Notes under the pieces: generated by a model
Told to the model about the DNA's origin: nothing
What the model saw: only the letters and a program-made list of their open reading frames with translations
Databases searched by the model: none
Origin: an uncultured cyanobacterium
GTDB taxonomy: Bacteria > Cyanobacteriota > Cyanobacteriia > Cyanobacteriales > CAWCAG01
Assembly (NCBI GenBank): GCA_963803805.1
Contig: CAWDOD010000011.1
Coordinates: forward strand, 160,001-224,000
Length of the DNA stretch: 64,000 nucleotides
Reading direction: 5' to 3'
Translations under genes and position numbers: made by a program
Shown here: piece after piece, positions 1 through 11,145 of the stretch
How positions within the stretch are numbered: the stretch's first letter is position 1
Layout of the letters: every line of letters starts with the position of its first letter

Positions 1-270
1 TAATACCTTACCTAATTCGTGATGGGGTTTATGAATGCCGGGAGTATCAACAAAAATTATTTGAGCTTCTGAGGTTGTCAAGATTCCTCGCAAGCGGTTA
101 CGAGTTGTTTGGGATACTGGGGAAGTAATGGCTATTTTTTGCCCTACCAGGTAATTCATTAAGGTAGATTTCCCGACATTAGGTCTACCAATAATAGCCA
201 CAAATCCTGATTTAAAGCCTTCTGGTGCTTGGGGAATTATGTTAATGTTGGATGGTTGTTCATTGGACAT
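1..270 (-). CDS. era: GTPase Era, N-terminal part (runs off window start)
   Basis: Manual translation from ATG at 270: [63 protein letters not shown]...[10 protein letters not shown], containing the Era G1/G2/G3 motifs. Confidence 0.95.
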   Translation of the reverse strand, partial: MSNEQPSNINIIPQAPEGFKSGFVAIIGRPNVGKSTLMNYLVGQKIAITSPVSQTTRNRLRGILTTSEAQIIFVDTPGIHKPHHELGKVL

Positions 271-280
271 ATTATTTTAG

Positions 281-327
281 GTAATGAGTAATAAGTAATG
301 AGTAATAAGTAATAAGTAATAAGTAAT
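281..327. repeat. Heptamer short tandem repeat (STRR-type, GTAATAA/GTAATGA)
   Basis: gtaatga gtaataa gtaatga gtaataa gtaataa gtaataa read directly. Confidence 0.9.
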
Positions 328-613
328 TAGGTAAAAAACAGTTTCCTAAAGCCAAACTTAGTGCGTAGGCTAAGCATACCACTTTTACTTAGATATCAAC
401 GTTAGCTGGAGGCTCTTTACTATATTCTAATAGCAACTTCTCAATTAAAGAGAAGAGACGTTCTGGATCTATTTTGTCTAAAACTAATTGATAATTGAGA
501 TAATACTATGCGATCGCTTAATCTGGTTTTACCATTTATTTAAGGAGAATTTTAAACATGATTGCCCTCAAAGATAATCAACCCTTACCCCCAGAAAAAT
601 ACCTTCAATATGA

Positions 614-1546
614 TTAAATCATCGAAATAATCTTCTCAGAAATAAAAGGTAAAAGTTCTCGATTTTGACTGTATTCTTGGCTTTCTGTGAACACCACAAA
701 AATATAAGGTTGCTTGTTGGGTATCTCGACATAAACGGCATCATGCCTCACTCGACTTGTCCACCCAGCCTTAGACCATTGCTGACTGCCTAATGGTAAA
801 GCTTCTCCCAAAAAACCAGTAACTTGATTCTCATCATCACCCCCAGCTAAGGGACGAGGATTAGCTAAATCTCGTTTGAGTAAATCCATCATTATTTGCG
901 ATCGCTTAGCAGAAACCGCTACTCCTCCAATAATGCTATGGAATAATCTAGCTACAGCATTGGTAGAGAGCATATTGCGGTTTTCCATCAACTCACCCAC
1001 AAAAGCCCTTTCCCTACCATAGGAGCCATCACACCAAGTTTTTTGATTAACATTAATATTATTTAATTCTGGCCAACCTAAAGATTGATAGTAGCGGTTA
1101 ACGATGTTGCGTTGGAATTTCCAAGTTTCAAAAGGTGCTGAAGACAATTCTGGACCACTAGTAGTACCGCTTAAAACATCTACAACTAAGCTAGTGGCAT
1201 CATTGCTAGAATCAACAATCATATCCTTAATAGCCCTTTCTAGCTCTGGAGAACTGGCAACCATGGCATTTTCTAACCACTGTTGAATAGCTACTAAATA
1301 GAATAGCTTAACCACACTAGCAGGATAAATTCTCTCCACTCCCCGATAGTTAAAGCTGCGTACCGGATGTTGCCAAAATTCCTCCGGAGAAAGAGCGCCA
1401 CCCGTATTGACAAATATTGGCTCATCATAAACCATCAAAGTTAAAGCTAGTCTATCTCTGGCTAAACTAGGGAAGTGTACCCAAATAGTATCTAAGATAT
1501 TTGCACCTAATTTTTCTAGTTGTTCATCTTTATGAAAAAAATCCAT
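614..1546 (-). CDS. Serine hydrolase, class A beta-lactamase-like fold
   Basis: ASVVK (SxxK), SSN and KAG motifs; 310 aa; divergent from an NlpC/P60 gene. Confidence 0.85.
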   Translation of the reverse strand: MDFFHKDEQLEKLGANILDTIWVHFPSLARDRLALTLMVYDEPIFVNTGGALSPEEFWQHPVRSFNYRGVERIYPASVVKLFYLVAIQQWLENAMVASSPELERAIKDMIVDSSNDATSLVVDVLSGTTSGPELSSAPFETWKFQRNIVNRYYQSLGWPELNNINVNQKTWCDGSYGRERAFVGELMENRNMLSTNAVARLFHSIIGGVAVSAKRSQIMMDLLKRDLANPRPLAGGDDENQVTGFLGEALPLGSQQWSKAGWTSRVRHDAVYVEIPNKQPYIFVVFTESQEYSQNRELLPFISEKIISMI

Positions 1547-1613
1547 GGCAATTCCGGACTAATTATTTAAGTATGTGTAAAATGCTACTGGTCTTTGCTG
1601 TTGTTATTTGCTT

Positions 1614-2303
1614 ATGAACATTCTGGAAAAATCTCGACCCTCTCCTAGTGGTGAATATTACTCTGATGTAAATCTTAATCTCTATGATTCTCCTCAATGC
1701 AAGAATTTGGCAAGTCAAATAGCCGCAGGCAGACATTTAAAAGTGCTATCTTCTGTTGTTGAGGGAGCGGTGGAAGTAAGTTCTTGTGAAGACAATTATC
1801 CTGGCTGGTTAACCCTCAAGGATCTAGAACAACTCCAAAGTGCTAGTAAAGCATACCAAGGGATCGCTCTTTCCCGTAGTGAAATTGAGCGATGTATTCC
1901 CGAAATTATTGCTTTTACCCAAGCAGCAATGGCTCAACCAAACCATTATCTTTGGGGAGGTACTGTAGCCCCTAATTATGATTGTTCGGGATTGATGCAA
2001 GCGGCTTTTTCTTCTCAGGGTATTTGGTTGCCTAGAGACTCTTATCAACAAGAAGCCTTTACCCAAACTATTACCCTTGACGATTTGCTTCCCGGAGATT
2101 TAATCTTTTTTAGTAAGAATGAAAGAGTCAATCACGTTGCCCTTTATCTAGGAGATGAAACTTATATCCATAGTTCCGGGGCTGAAGATGGTCGCAACGG
2201 TATTGATATTGACTCTTTGATGATTCAAAAAGATGAAATTGGTGCGTTATATCGTCGGCGCATAACCGGGGCAGGAAGGGTTATTTGTAGTTATCAACCT
2301 TGA
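1614..2303 (+). CDS. NlpC/P60 (C40) peptidoglycan peptidase
   Basis: YLWGG...YDCSGL...LPRDS...PGDLIFF...HVALY...IHSS motifs; ATG at 1614 preferred over TTG at 1608. Confidence 0.9.
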   Translation: MNILEKSRPSPSGEYYSDVNLNLYDSPQCKNLASQIAAGRHLKVLSSVVEGAVEVSSCEDNYPGWLTLKDLEQLQSASKAYQGIALSRSEIERCIPEIIAFTQAAMAQPNHYLWGGTVAPNYDCSGLMQAAFSSQGIWLPRDSYQQEAFTQTITLDDLLPGDLIFFSKNERVNHVALYLGDETYIHSSGAEDGRNGIDIDSLMIQKDEIGALYRRRITGAGRVICSYQP

Positions 2304-2402
2304 CTGAGTGATGAGTTACAAGGAGGCGATCTAAAAAGTGATAGCTTGAAAGAGCAAACATACTAACCTTTACCCTTCAATTTTCAATTGACAAACCACT
2401 AG

Positions 2403-4283
2403 TTAACTTGGATGAAGATAATCATAAATCTCTTGGGCTAAGCGGGGGCCAATGCCTGATACTTCTTGTAACTTTTTTGGAGTTGCGAGGCGAATATAAT
2501 CTAGGGAATGGAAGTGGGCTAAAAGTTGTTTTTGACGCTCGAAACCTAAGCCAGGAATATCATCTAAACGCGATCGCTTGAGTTTGCTACTTCTTTGTTG
2601 GCGGTGGAAACTAACCGCAAAACGGTGTGCTTCATCCCGTAGTCGCCGCAATAATTGTACTCCCGGTTGTTCTTTTTGGGTGGGTAAAGATAAGGATTCA
2701 CCAGGCAGAAAGATTTCTTCTTTTTGTTTGGCTAAACTGATTACCCGCACAACTTCAAAAAGGTTCATTTCCTGCAAGACGGCTACAACCGCAGAAAGTT
2801 GACCTTTTCCCCCATCAATCATAATCAAGTCAGGAAAATCTGCATCCTGTAGGAGATTGTCTGTTTTTAACTCTGCATACTTGCGAAAGCGGCGACGAAT
2901 CACCTCTGCCATACTTGCAAAGTCATCGGAGTGACCGATTTTGACTTCGGGGTTTTTGATTTTATAGTGGCGATAATGTTGTTTAGCCGGTACACCGTCA
3001 ATAAAGACTACTTGAGAGGCGACGGCATTAGAACCTTGGATATGGGAGATATCATAACCTTCAATACGTTTCGGTAATTCTGGTAAGTCAAGAATTTCTG
3101 CTAAGTCTGCCATTGCTTGGCTATTGCGGCTAGCCAAGCGTTGAATACTGGCTAATTCATATTTGGCATTGCGTTCCACCATTTCAATTAATTCTGCTTT
3201 GGTTTGGCGTTGGGGAACACTGAAGTCAACTTTTTTACCCTTGCGATTACCTAACCATTGAGCAAGCATTTCCGGATGGGGTAATTCGTGTTGTATCAAA
3301 ATGTCGGTGGGAATTTCCACATCTTCGACGTTGTTGTAATGTTCTTCTAAAACCCGTTGTAAAATGGCTCCAGGGCTTCCCGATTGCGCTTCAGCGAAAA
3401 AGCCCAAACGCCCCACTAATCGACCGGCACGAACCTGGAAAAGCTGAATGCAAGCCCGTTCTTCATCTGCTGCTAAGGCAATGGCATCACGGGAAACTGT
3501 ATCATCGGGGAGGGAAACTTTTTGTCCGGCATGGAGGCTATGAAGGGCTTGAATGCGATCCCGTATTAGTGCCGCTTGTTCAAAGTTTAATTCTTGGGCA
3601 GCCTTTTCCATTTGAGAGTTGAGAATATCTAGCAATTCTCCGGTACGCCCTTGAAATACCATGGCTACTTTTTGGACAATTTTATGATACTCTTCAGGAG
3701 TAATTAAGGCCTGACAAACTCCTGGACATTTGCCTAAGTCGTAGTTAAGGCAGGGGCGATCTTTAAATAAAGGGCGGCGACGTTGCCGTAAGGGGAAGGT
3801 TTTTTTGACGATATGAAGGGTATAGCGTAGCAGCCTTGTATCGACGTAAGGGCCATAATAACGATCCTTTTCCTGCCCCTTCCTCCGCTTGCGAGTGATG
3901 AAGATGCGAGGATAATCTTCTGACCAAGTAATGCAAACATAGGGATATTTTTTGTCATCTTTGAGCAACACGTTGAAGTGAGGTTGGTGTTGCTTAACTA
4001 AGTTGGCTTCTAAGGCTAAGGCTTCGGCTTCTGTATCTGTGACAATAAATTCAATATCGGCTACCTGATGTACCATCATGGCAATGCGATCACTTAAAGT
4101 TTGGGAAGCACGAAAATAGGAACGAACCCGTGAGCGCAATTTTTTCGATTTACCAATATAAAGAATATTCCCCGTTTGATCTCGCATTAAATAAACTCCC
4201 GCTTCTCCAGGAATTTCTTTAAGACGAATTTCTAAGCGTTCAGGATCTTTAATTAAGGGAGTAGGTTTTGTTGATGCAGTCAC
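2403..4283 (-). CDS. uvrC: Excinuclease ABC subunit C
   Basis: GIY-YIG (GVY...[16 protein letters not shown]), UVR domain, [24 protein letters not shown]-terminal HhH. Confidence 0.98.
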   Translation of the reverse strand: MTASTKPTPLIKDPERLEIRLKEIPGEAGVYLMRDQTGNILYIGKSKKLRSRVRSYFRASQTLSDRIAMMVHQVADIEFIVTDTEAEALALEANLVKQHQPHFNVLLKDDKKYPYVCITWSEDYPRIFITRKRRKGQEKDRYYGPYVDTRLLRYTLHIVKKTFPLRQRRRPLFKDRPCLNYDLGKCPGVCQALITPEEYHKIVQKVAMVFQGRTGELLDILNSQMEKAAQELNFEQAALIRDRIQALHSLHAGQKVSLPDDTVSRDAIALAADEERACIQLFQVRAGRLVGRLGFFAEAQSGSPGAILQRVLEEHYNNVEDVEIPTDILIQHELPHPEMLAQWLGNRKGKKVDFSVPQRQTKAELIEMVERNAKYELASIQRLASRNSQAMADLAEILDLPELPKRIEGYDISHIQGSNAVASQVVFIDGVPAKQHYRHYKIKNPEVKIGHSDDFASMAEVIRRRFRKYAELKTDNLLQDADFPDLIMIDGGKGQLSAVVAVLQEMNLFEVVRVISLAKQKEEIFLPGESLSLPTQKEQPGVQLLRRLRDEAHRFAVSFHRQQRSSKLKRSRLDDIPGLGFERQKQLLAHFHSLDYIRLATPKKLQEVSGIGPRLAQEIYDYLHPS

Positions 4284-4448
4284 GGCAATTTAAGCAAGTT
4301 CTTCTCTGTATTTAAGATCCTAACTAAATTATCTTCCTTTGATTAATTCATACAGCACATACAAAATTGGGCAAGCTGGTTTCCTTGCCTGCCCTACATC
4401 TGGGTTTTTGATGACGCGGCTCTATAAAAGAACTGCGTAGATATTTTA

Positions 4449-4763
4449 TTAGTTCATAGGAGGAGTACCATCATTCATTTCTTCTTCCATCATTTCTGGG
4501 CTAAACATTTCTGGGGAGGAAGTGCCTGTTGGTCTAGGTGATTCTAGATTGTTATCATCAAGTAGGTCAGTTTCTTTTTGGAGTATGCAACCTTGATACC
4601 TAGCAGGATCTGAAGGCCAATACATATCCGTACAATCATCGATTATTTCTTCTACTACATCATCAGTAAGAATGTCATCTTGGGCAAAAGATGCCTGGGC
4701 TAAGGCAATTGACATTGAACTGGTGGCTAAAGCTGTTACTAAAAAAAGATTTGAGATTTTCAT
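4449..4763 (-). CDS. Small secreted acidic hypothetical protein
   Basis: Sec signal peptide (MKISNLFLVTALATSSMSIALAQASFA); D/E-rich mature part with two Cys. Confidence 0.7.
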   Translation of the reverse strand: MKISNLFLVTALATSSMSIALAQASFAQDDILTDDVVEEIIDDCTDMYWPSDPARYQGCILQKETDLLDDNNLESPRPTGTSSPEMFSPEMMEEEMNDGTPPMN

Positions 4764-4911
4764 TTTTTCCTACACACAAAAAACGTTTAAAGTCAACTTA
4801 TAAAGTATAGGTTAGCAAGCAAGCAGATTACCACTATTGTTTTATTTTCTTCAGAGGTTTTATGTCTCTTGTTTTTTACTTGCCAATTATAATACTATAC
4901 CCAATTTCAAT

Positions 4912-5622
4912 ATGAAAATTACTGCCCATAGAGGTAATTCTGACTCTACCCCAGAGAATACTATTAGTGCCATCAAATCTGCTATCCGAGAGGGTGCAGA
5001 TTGGGCTGAAATTGATGTCCAAGAAACTAAAGATGGAGAATTAGTAGTTTTCCATGATAGTAATTTACGAAGGGTTACTGGGGTTGATAAACATATCTGG
5101 GAAATTTCTGGTCATGATTTAGAAAAATTAGATGCAGGGTGCTGGTTTTCTGCCCAGTTTCTGGGGGAGAAAGTACCTAAACTAAAGGAGATAATTGAAG
5201 TTGCCAGAGGTAAAATCAAATTAAATATTGAACTGAAACTTAATGGACACCAACAAGAACTTGCTTTTAGAGTTGTGAAAATTCTCCAAGCTAGCAGCTT
5301 CATTAAACAATGTGTGGTAACATCTTTTGACTTGGCAACAATAGAGAAAGTTAAAGATTTGGATGAGACAATTTCTACTGGGATAATTATTAAAGAACTA
5401 GAGAATTATCTTTTTAAATTGCCAGTAGAAATTTACGCTATTGATTACTCTGTTGTTTCCCGCAACTTTGTACAGAAAGCTCATGATCTCAATAAAGAAG
5501 TTCATGTTTGGACTGTTGATACCGAAGCAGATATGCACAAAATGATTCAATTTGGTGTTGATAATATTATTACAAACAAGCCTAAAACACTAAAGAAAAT
5601 GCTCATAAATTCTAAACTTTAA
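4912..5622 (+). CDS. Glycerophosphodiester phosphodiesterase
   Basis: AHRG...PENT...EIDVQETKDG...FHD...NIELK...WTVD motifs; ATG at 4912 (MKITAHRG). Confidence 0.92.
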   Translation: MKITAHRGNSDSTPENTISAIKSAIREGADWAEIDVQETKDGELVVFHDSNLRRVTGVDKHIWEISGHDLEKLDAGCWFSAQFLGEKVPKLKEIIEVARGKIKLNIELKLNGHQQELAFRVVKILQASSFIKQCVVTSFDLATIEKVKDLDETISTGIIIKELENYLFKLPVEIYAIDYSVVSRNFVQKAHDLNKEVHVWTVDTEADMHKMIQFGVDNIITNKPKTLKKMLINSKL

Positions 5623-6201
5623 ATGATCAACTCTCCTTGGCGATCGCAACTTTCCCTTGCCCTCAATCGCAACCGCTCTCTAGCTAATTCTCGTTACTTC
5701 CAGTTAGCCACAGTAGGTAAAAACGGTCGCCCAACTAATCGTACTGTAGTTTTTCGGGGATTTTTAAATCAAACTAATCAGCTTCAAATTGTGACTGATT
5801 CTCGTAGCGAAAAAATTGAGCATATCCAACATCAACCTTGGGGAGAAATTTGTTGGTATTTCCCTAAAAGTAGAGAACAATTTCGTCTAGCTGGTAATTT
5901 AATTGTGGTAGATCAGCATCACCCAACTTTACAAAATGCTCGTCAAGCTGCTTGGCAAAACCTTTCTCAAGGAGCAAAATTACAATTTTTTTGGCCTAGC
6001 CCTAAAAAAGAAAGATGCCAAGAAAAAGAAGCTTTTTTTGCCAATCTACCTAATGAAAATCAACCCGTAGATAACTTTTACTTAATTCTTTTAGAGCCAT
6101 ATTTGGTAGATATTTTACAATTAAAAGGAGAACCACAAAACCGTTACTTATACACTCTCCAAGAAAACGGCAATTGGTTAACTAAAGAAGTTAATCCTTA
6201 A
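5623..6201 (+). CDS. Pyridoxamine 5'-phosphate oxidase-related FMN-binding protein
   Basis: QLATV...RTVVFRGF...TDSRSEK...CWYF...EQFR motifs; starts immediately after the upstream stop. Confidence 0.88.
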   Translation: MINSPWRSQLSLALNRNRSLANSRYFQLATVGKNGRPTNRTVVFRGFLNQTNQLQIVTDSRSEKIEHIQHQPWGEICWYFPKSREQFRLAGNLIVVDQHHPTLQNARQAAWQNLSQGAKLQFFWPSPKKERCQEKEAFFANLPNENQPVDNFYLILLEPYLVDILQLKGEPQNRYLYTLQENGNWLTKEVNP

Positions 6202-7261
6202 ATTTATTCAACTTTTCTAAAGCAAAGTTGCGTACATTTTCATCAACATCTTTTTCTGAGCGATCCTGAAAGATTTCTAGAGTTCGAGGGTGAAAACGAT
6301 AATACTTAAAAAGGGCTTCAAGGGCAGCTTGTCGAGGATTTTTAACGAACATCCCTGCTATAGAATTTGCTAAAAGCTGAGCAAAAGCATCTTCTTGTTC
6401 CCTAGTTTCATCACCTCTACTTTCCTGTGTTATGCCATGGTGGGGCAGAATAGCACATTTGGAGAAAAATTCTTGCATTCCCTCTTCTTTTCCCCAACCT
6501 TCAGCCAAAATTTGGATAATAATTACTAGAGTATCTGGTTCTGTTTCAGCCCAAAAACAGTTTTTTAATAGAGGTAAAATTTCTGGCAAATCGCTATAGT
6601 ATTCAGCAATAGCCATGATCCCATACTTCCTAATTTCAGGGCTTTGATGAGGCAATACCTTATTTCTCAGCCAAGCTAAAGTAGCAGCATCTTCTTGATA
6701 ATTAATTACCAAAGAAAAAATAGCAGCTTCATTAACACCCCAAAAAGCATCAGCAGCAACACAAGATTTTAACCAAGGTAAAGTTTCTAAGTGATCTCGA
6801 TAATTGTCAGCAATACTACTGATAGCCGCTTGTCGCACCAACATTCCCTCGTCTTCTTCAACTTTGGCACAGGCTTTTAACCAAGACAAAGTATCTGGTT
6901 CATTTTTATAGTAAGTAGCAATGGTACAAATAGCTTTTGCTTGCAAATGAGGATTGATATTTTCCCCCTTCCAAATCAGCAAAGATTTGAGCCAAGGCAA
7001 AGTATCTGGTTCATCTTGATAGTAAGCGGCGATCGCCTCAACCGCAGCCTCTGGGATATCCTCATAACCTTGAGAATGAGTGAGAGATTTCAACCAAGGC
7101 AAAGTTTGCGGCTCATTTTGATAATGTTGAGCAATCTTCTTAATTGCAGAACGCCTTACCTCCGAGTTAGGATCTTCCTGGGCATAGGATTGAAGTACAG
7201 ATAAAGACTCTGGCTTATATTGACCATTTGCAATTCCATTTACTATTTTATTATTCTCCAT
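6191..7261 (-). CDS. HEAT-repeat protein
   Basis: About six ~35-aa repeats with TLPWLKS/TLSWLKA/TLAWLRN cores and VRxxAI motifs. Confidence 0.8.
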   Translation of the reverse strand: MENNKIVNGIANGQYKPESLSVLQSYAQEDPNSEVRRSAIKKIAQHYQNEPQTLPWLKSLTHSQGYEDIPEAAVEAIAAYYQDEPDTLPWLKSLLIWKGENINPHLQAKAICTIATYYKNEPDTLSWLKACAKVEEDEGMLVRQAAISSIADNYRDHLETLPWLKSCVAADAFWGVNEAAIFSLVINYQEDAATLAWLRNKVLPHQSPEIRKYGIMAIAEYYSDLPEILPLLKNCFWAETEPDTLVIIIQILAEGWGKEEGMQEFFSKCAILPHHGITQESRGDETREQEDAFAQLLANSIAGMFVKNPRQAALEALFKYYRFHPRTLEIFQDRSEKDVDENVRNFALEKLNKFKD

Positions 7262-7573
7262 CACACAAAGAAAAGAAAAATTAGCTTAAGCTACTTATTT
7301 TCAGTTGCTAAGTCGTGTTTCCGGAAAGCTTTTGTCATTTATCATTAGAGAACAAGACCATAATTTAATTTTAGATAGGGTTTCTTCTACTGTAGAATTG
7401 CCTTCTTTATTTAAGGCACATTTTTCTCAACCAAAATATTAGCTAAATCTTCAAGAAAATTCTCATCCTGCTTTTACATAATTGCTCACTTGCTATATAT
7501 TTTCCTTAGAGTACTCCCCACTCTCTACCCTCACTGGATTACCTGGGCAACTAAACCAGATTTAGTATAATCA

Positions 7574-7984
7574 ATGAAAACTTCAGAAGCGAATGAATCT
7601 GATTCCCGCAAAAACATTTCAGAAAGACTCAAACAAGCTTTAACGATATTAAGAGAAATAGAAGAAGAAATAAGTTCTCAACCAGATTTGGCAGCGGCAT
7701 GGGAAAGGGTTGATGATTATTTAGATATTTGTCAAGTCAATCTTGTTAATGCTCTTTCAGTAATAGAATTGCAACAGCAACCAACCATGATTGATCCTAC
7801 TCCCATAGAAGAAGCAGTTGCTGAATTAAAAGAGCAGATTCTTAAGGCAATGCAAGAAAAAAAATTAGATAAACCGACAGAAGAAAAGCTAGTAGAAATC
7901 ACCGTTGCCCAAATTCGCTGGTTAATAGAATATCTCTCAAACAACCCCGATATCCTCCAAGCAAATATCTCTTCATCAGAATAA
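7574..7984 (+). CDS. Hypothetical helical protein
   Basis: 136-aa ORF with ATG start, TATAAT just upstream; no recognisable motif. Confidence 0.6.
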   Translation: MKTSEANESDSRKNISERLKQALTILREIEEEISSQPDLAAAWERVDDYLDICQVNLVNALSVIELQQQPTMIDPTPIEEAVAELKEQILKAMQEKKLDKPTEEKLVEITVAQIRWLIEYLSNNPDILQANISSSE

Positions 7985-8028
7985 GGTTAATTCAACCATA
8001 AACATACCTATTACCTATTACTTATCCC

Positions 8029-8844
8029 CTAACGCCGGCTAAACTCAATAACTCCAGTCTTAATATTAATATCGTAACCAGCATAAAAATCTTGCCCCAA
8101 CAAACCAATAGGCATATTAGAGGCCATAGACACCCTAACATTAGTTTTAACCCGCCCGTCAGTTGCCATAGATTTTAGTTGCATAACAGGCATAGAAACT
8201 ACTGAACCGTCAGCAATAACAATATTAGCAGTGCTAACAGGTTTTAACTCCAAAGCCTGGGCAATAGAGCTAGTAATTAGGGTATTAGTAGCTCCTGTAT
8301 CAAAAAGCATATCAAAGGTTTTGCTACCATTAAAAGTCACTGCCACAATTGGTATACCTTTATATTTTGCTTTAATTGGTACTGAGAAAAACTTAGGATT
8401 AGCATCGCTAGTAGTTTTTGTTGTATCGTCGCGGGGAGTTGCTCTTTGTTTTGCTTTTGCTAAATAGCCTTTGTATTCTGATAACTTCTCTTGGGCTATC
8501 TTATGGTTAGGGCTAGAAGTTGGCACTGTTTCTAATAACTTAATAACCTTTTCCCAACGTTGAGCAATCAATACCCAATCTTCCCTAGCTAGGGCTGACT
8601 TGCCCATCGCAGTGGCTCCTGTAGCCATATCAAAAGCTTTCTGGAAAGAATCTTCTTGAGGAGAAGGAGATACTTGGGGTGTAGGGGAAGGGGAGGCTTG
8701 AGGTGCAGGAGATACTGCTGCCTCAGCAGGAGAAACTTCAGCCGTGGAAGCAGTCTCAGAATCTTGACTACAAGCTACAGCACCTAGAGTCAAAATACTT
8801 CCTAAAAGGATTGTGGTAGTAGTTCGTAGTGAAGGTAGCTCCAT
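8029..8844 (-). CDS. Lipoprotein with C-terminal retropepsin-like aspartic protease domain
   Basis: Lipobox LGAVAC, P/S/A-rich linker, MLFDTGA and GLLGQDF motifs. Confidence 0.85.
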   Translation of the reverse strand: MELPSLRTTTTILLGSILTLGAVACSQDSETASTAEVSPAEAAVSPAPQASPSPTPQVSPSPQEDSFQKAFDMATGATAMGKSALAREDWVLIAQRWEKVIKLLETVPTSSPNHKIAQEKLSEYKGYLAKAKQRATPRDDTTKTTSDANPKFFSVPIKAKYKGIPIVAVTFNGSKTFDMLFDTGATNTLITSSIAQALELKPVSTANIVIADGSVVSMPVMQLKSMATDGRVKTNVRVSMASNMPIGLLGQDFYAGYDINIKTGVIEFSRR

Positions 8845-8938
8845 GGGTAATATTTAACCTATCAATATTTATAAATATATGCTACCCAGTCGAGAGTTTT
8901 TCTGGGCCTTGATTAAGCTAATTAGTAACTAAAATTTA

Positions 8939-8964
8939 AGGGACACAACCTAAATTGTGTCCCT
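8939..8964. terminator. Stem-loop downstream of tkt
   Basis: AGGGACACAA-6nt-TTGTGTCCCT perfect inverted repeat. Confidence 0.7.
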
Positions 8965-8999
8965 AGTTAAATAAAATTCGTCTCAGCCTAAGCTTGATT

Positions 9000-11000
9000 T
9001 TAGAGAGCTTTAGCTTTAGCCACTACATTATCAACCGTAAAGCCAAACTTCTCCATAGCTAAACCACCAGGAGAAGAAACGCCGAAGGTATCAACAGTAA
9101 TAGTATCGCCTTCAAAACCAACGTAGCGTTCCCAACCAAACTTAATACCAGCTTCTACTGCTAAACGCTTAGTAACTGCTTTGGGTAATACAGATTCTTT
9201 GTAAGAGTCATCTTGCTCTTCAAATAGTTCCCAACTAGGCATAGAAACTACCCGAACTTTCTTACCTTCATCAGCAAGTTTCTTAGCAGCATCAACACAG
9301 AGGTGTACTTCACTACCAGTACCAATGAGAATAATCTCAGGGGCATCACAATCAACTAAAGTATAAGCCCCCTTAGCGACATTCTCAATAGAGCTACCAG
9401 CTAAGTTGGGTACGCCCTGGCGGGTAAAAGCCATCAAAGTAGGACGAGTCCGATTTTCTACGGCGATTTTGTAAGCACCAGAGGTTTCGTTACCATCAGC
9501 CGGACGAATTACCACTAAATCAGGAATTGCCCGTAAAGAAGCGATGGTTTCTACGGGTTGGTGAGTTGGGCCATCTTCTCCTAAAGCGATGGAGTCGTGG
9601 GTCATAACCCAAATAACTCCAGTTTGAGAAAGGGAAGATAAACGAATCGCAGCCCGCATATAATCGGTGAAGATTAAGAAAGTAGCACCGTAGGCAATTA
9701 AACCAGAGTCATGGAGGGCAAGGCCATTACAAATTGCCCCCATACCATGTTCTCTGACCCCAAAGCGCACATTGCGATTTTCGTACTGCCCTTTTTGGAA
9801 ATCTCCCGATACGTCCATTAAGGTGAGGTTAGAGGGGGCCAAATCAGCAGATCCCCCAATGAGGTTAGTCAAAACTGGAGCTAAAGCGTTAATGCAAGCG
9901 TTGGAATGCTTACGGGTAGCTACGGCTTTATCTTCAGGAGTAAAGGTAGGTAAAGCATCAGCCCAACCATCAGGTAATTCCCCATTGAGGACAATTTTCT
10001 CAAACTCTTTAGCTTCTTCAGCATACTTTTTCTTGTATTCTGCCCAAGTTTGATTCCATTCAGCTTCAGCAGATTCACCCCGCTCTACAGCTTTGCGGAA
10101 GTGATTGAGAGCATCATCAGGGACAACAAAAGGCTCGTGATCCCAACCTAAGTGTTTCCGTGTCGCTGCTACTTCGTCTCCCCCTAAAGCAGCACCGTGT
10201 ACGCCGTGGGTGTTAGCTTTGTTAGGAGAGCCAAAACCAATAGTGGTGGTTACTTTAATTAAAGAAGGCTTATCAGTAACCGCTTTAGCTGCTTCAATAG
10301 CCTCAGCAATGGCTTCTAAATCTGAATTACCATCTTCAACGTGTTGTACGTGCCAACCATAGGCTTCATAACGCTTGCTGACATCTTCAGTGAAGGCTAA
10401 ATCTGTAGAGCCATCAATAGAAATATGGTTATCATCATAAAAAGCGATTAACTTGCCTAAGCCCCAATGCCCAGCTAAGGAACAAGCTTCTCCTGATACT
10501 CCTTCCATATTACAACCATCACCCATAATTACATAGGTGTAGTGGTCTACAATCTTACTATCAGGCTTGTTGTACTTTGCAGCTAAATGAGCTTCTGCTA
10601 CAGCTAAACCTACAGCATTGGCTACACCTTGCCCCAAAGGACCAGTAGTAATTTCCACTCCTTCGGTCATAAAGTTTTCTGGATGTCCAGGAGTCTTCGA
10701 TTCAAATTGCCGGAATTGCTTGATGTCTTCAATGCTTACGCCATCATAACCAGTAAGATACAATAAAGCGTATTGCAACATACAACCGTGACCCGCAGAA
10801 AGAACGAAGCGATCGCGGTTAAACCAGGCATCATTTTTGGGATTAAATTTCATGAAGCGGTCCCAAAGCACAAAAGCCATAGGAGCAGCGCCCATAGGTA
10901 GCCCTGGATGACCAGAGTTGGCCTTTTCTACAGCATCAATTGCCAGAAAACGGATTGAGTTGATGCAAAGTTCTTCGAGTGATTGGCTAGCAACGACCAT
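9000..11000 (-). CDS. tkt: Transketolase
   Basis: [39 protein letters not shown]. Confidence 0.98.
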   Translation of the reverse strand: MVVASQSLEELCINSIRFLAIDAVEKANSGHPGLPMGAAPMAFVLWDRFMKFNPKNDAWFNRDRFVLSAGHGCMLQYALLYLTGYDGVSIEDIKQFRQFESKTPGHPENFMTEGVEITTGPLGQGVANAVGLAVAEAHLAAKYNKPDSKIVDHYTYVIMGDGCNMEGVSGEACSLAGHWGLGKLIAFYDDNHISIDGSTDLAFTEDVSKRYEAYGWHVQHVEDGNSDLEAIAEAIEAAKAVTDKPSLIKVTTTIGFGSPNKANTHGVHGAALGGDEVAATRKHLGWDHEPFVVPDDALNHFRKAVERGESAEAEWNQTWAEYKKKYAEEAKEFEKIVLNGELPDGWADALPTFTPEDKAVATRKHSNACINALAPVLTNLIGGSADLAPSNLTLMDVSGDFQKGQYENRNVRFGVREHGMGAICNGLALHDSGLIAYGATFLIFTDYMRAAIRLSSLSQTGVIWVMTHDSIALGEDGPTHQPVETIASLRAIPDLVVIRPADGNETSGAYKIAVENRTRPTLMAFTRQGVPNLAGSSIENVAKGAYTLVDCDAPEIILIGTGSEVHLCVDAAKKLADEGKKVRVVSMPSWELFEEQDDSYKESVLPKAVTKRLAVEAGIKFGWERYVGFEGDTITVDTFGVSSPGGLAMEKFGFTVDNVVAKAKAL

Positions 11001-11145
11001 ATTGATTCTATTAAGGTGAACTAGGGTTTAAAAAAATTTGTGAGAGTTTAACTTGATGGCTAAAAATTGCCCCAAGGCTATTACCCATCATCCCATTGAT
11101 AGGGATCGATGAGCAAGGGAGATATCAACGATTAATAATTAGGGT

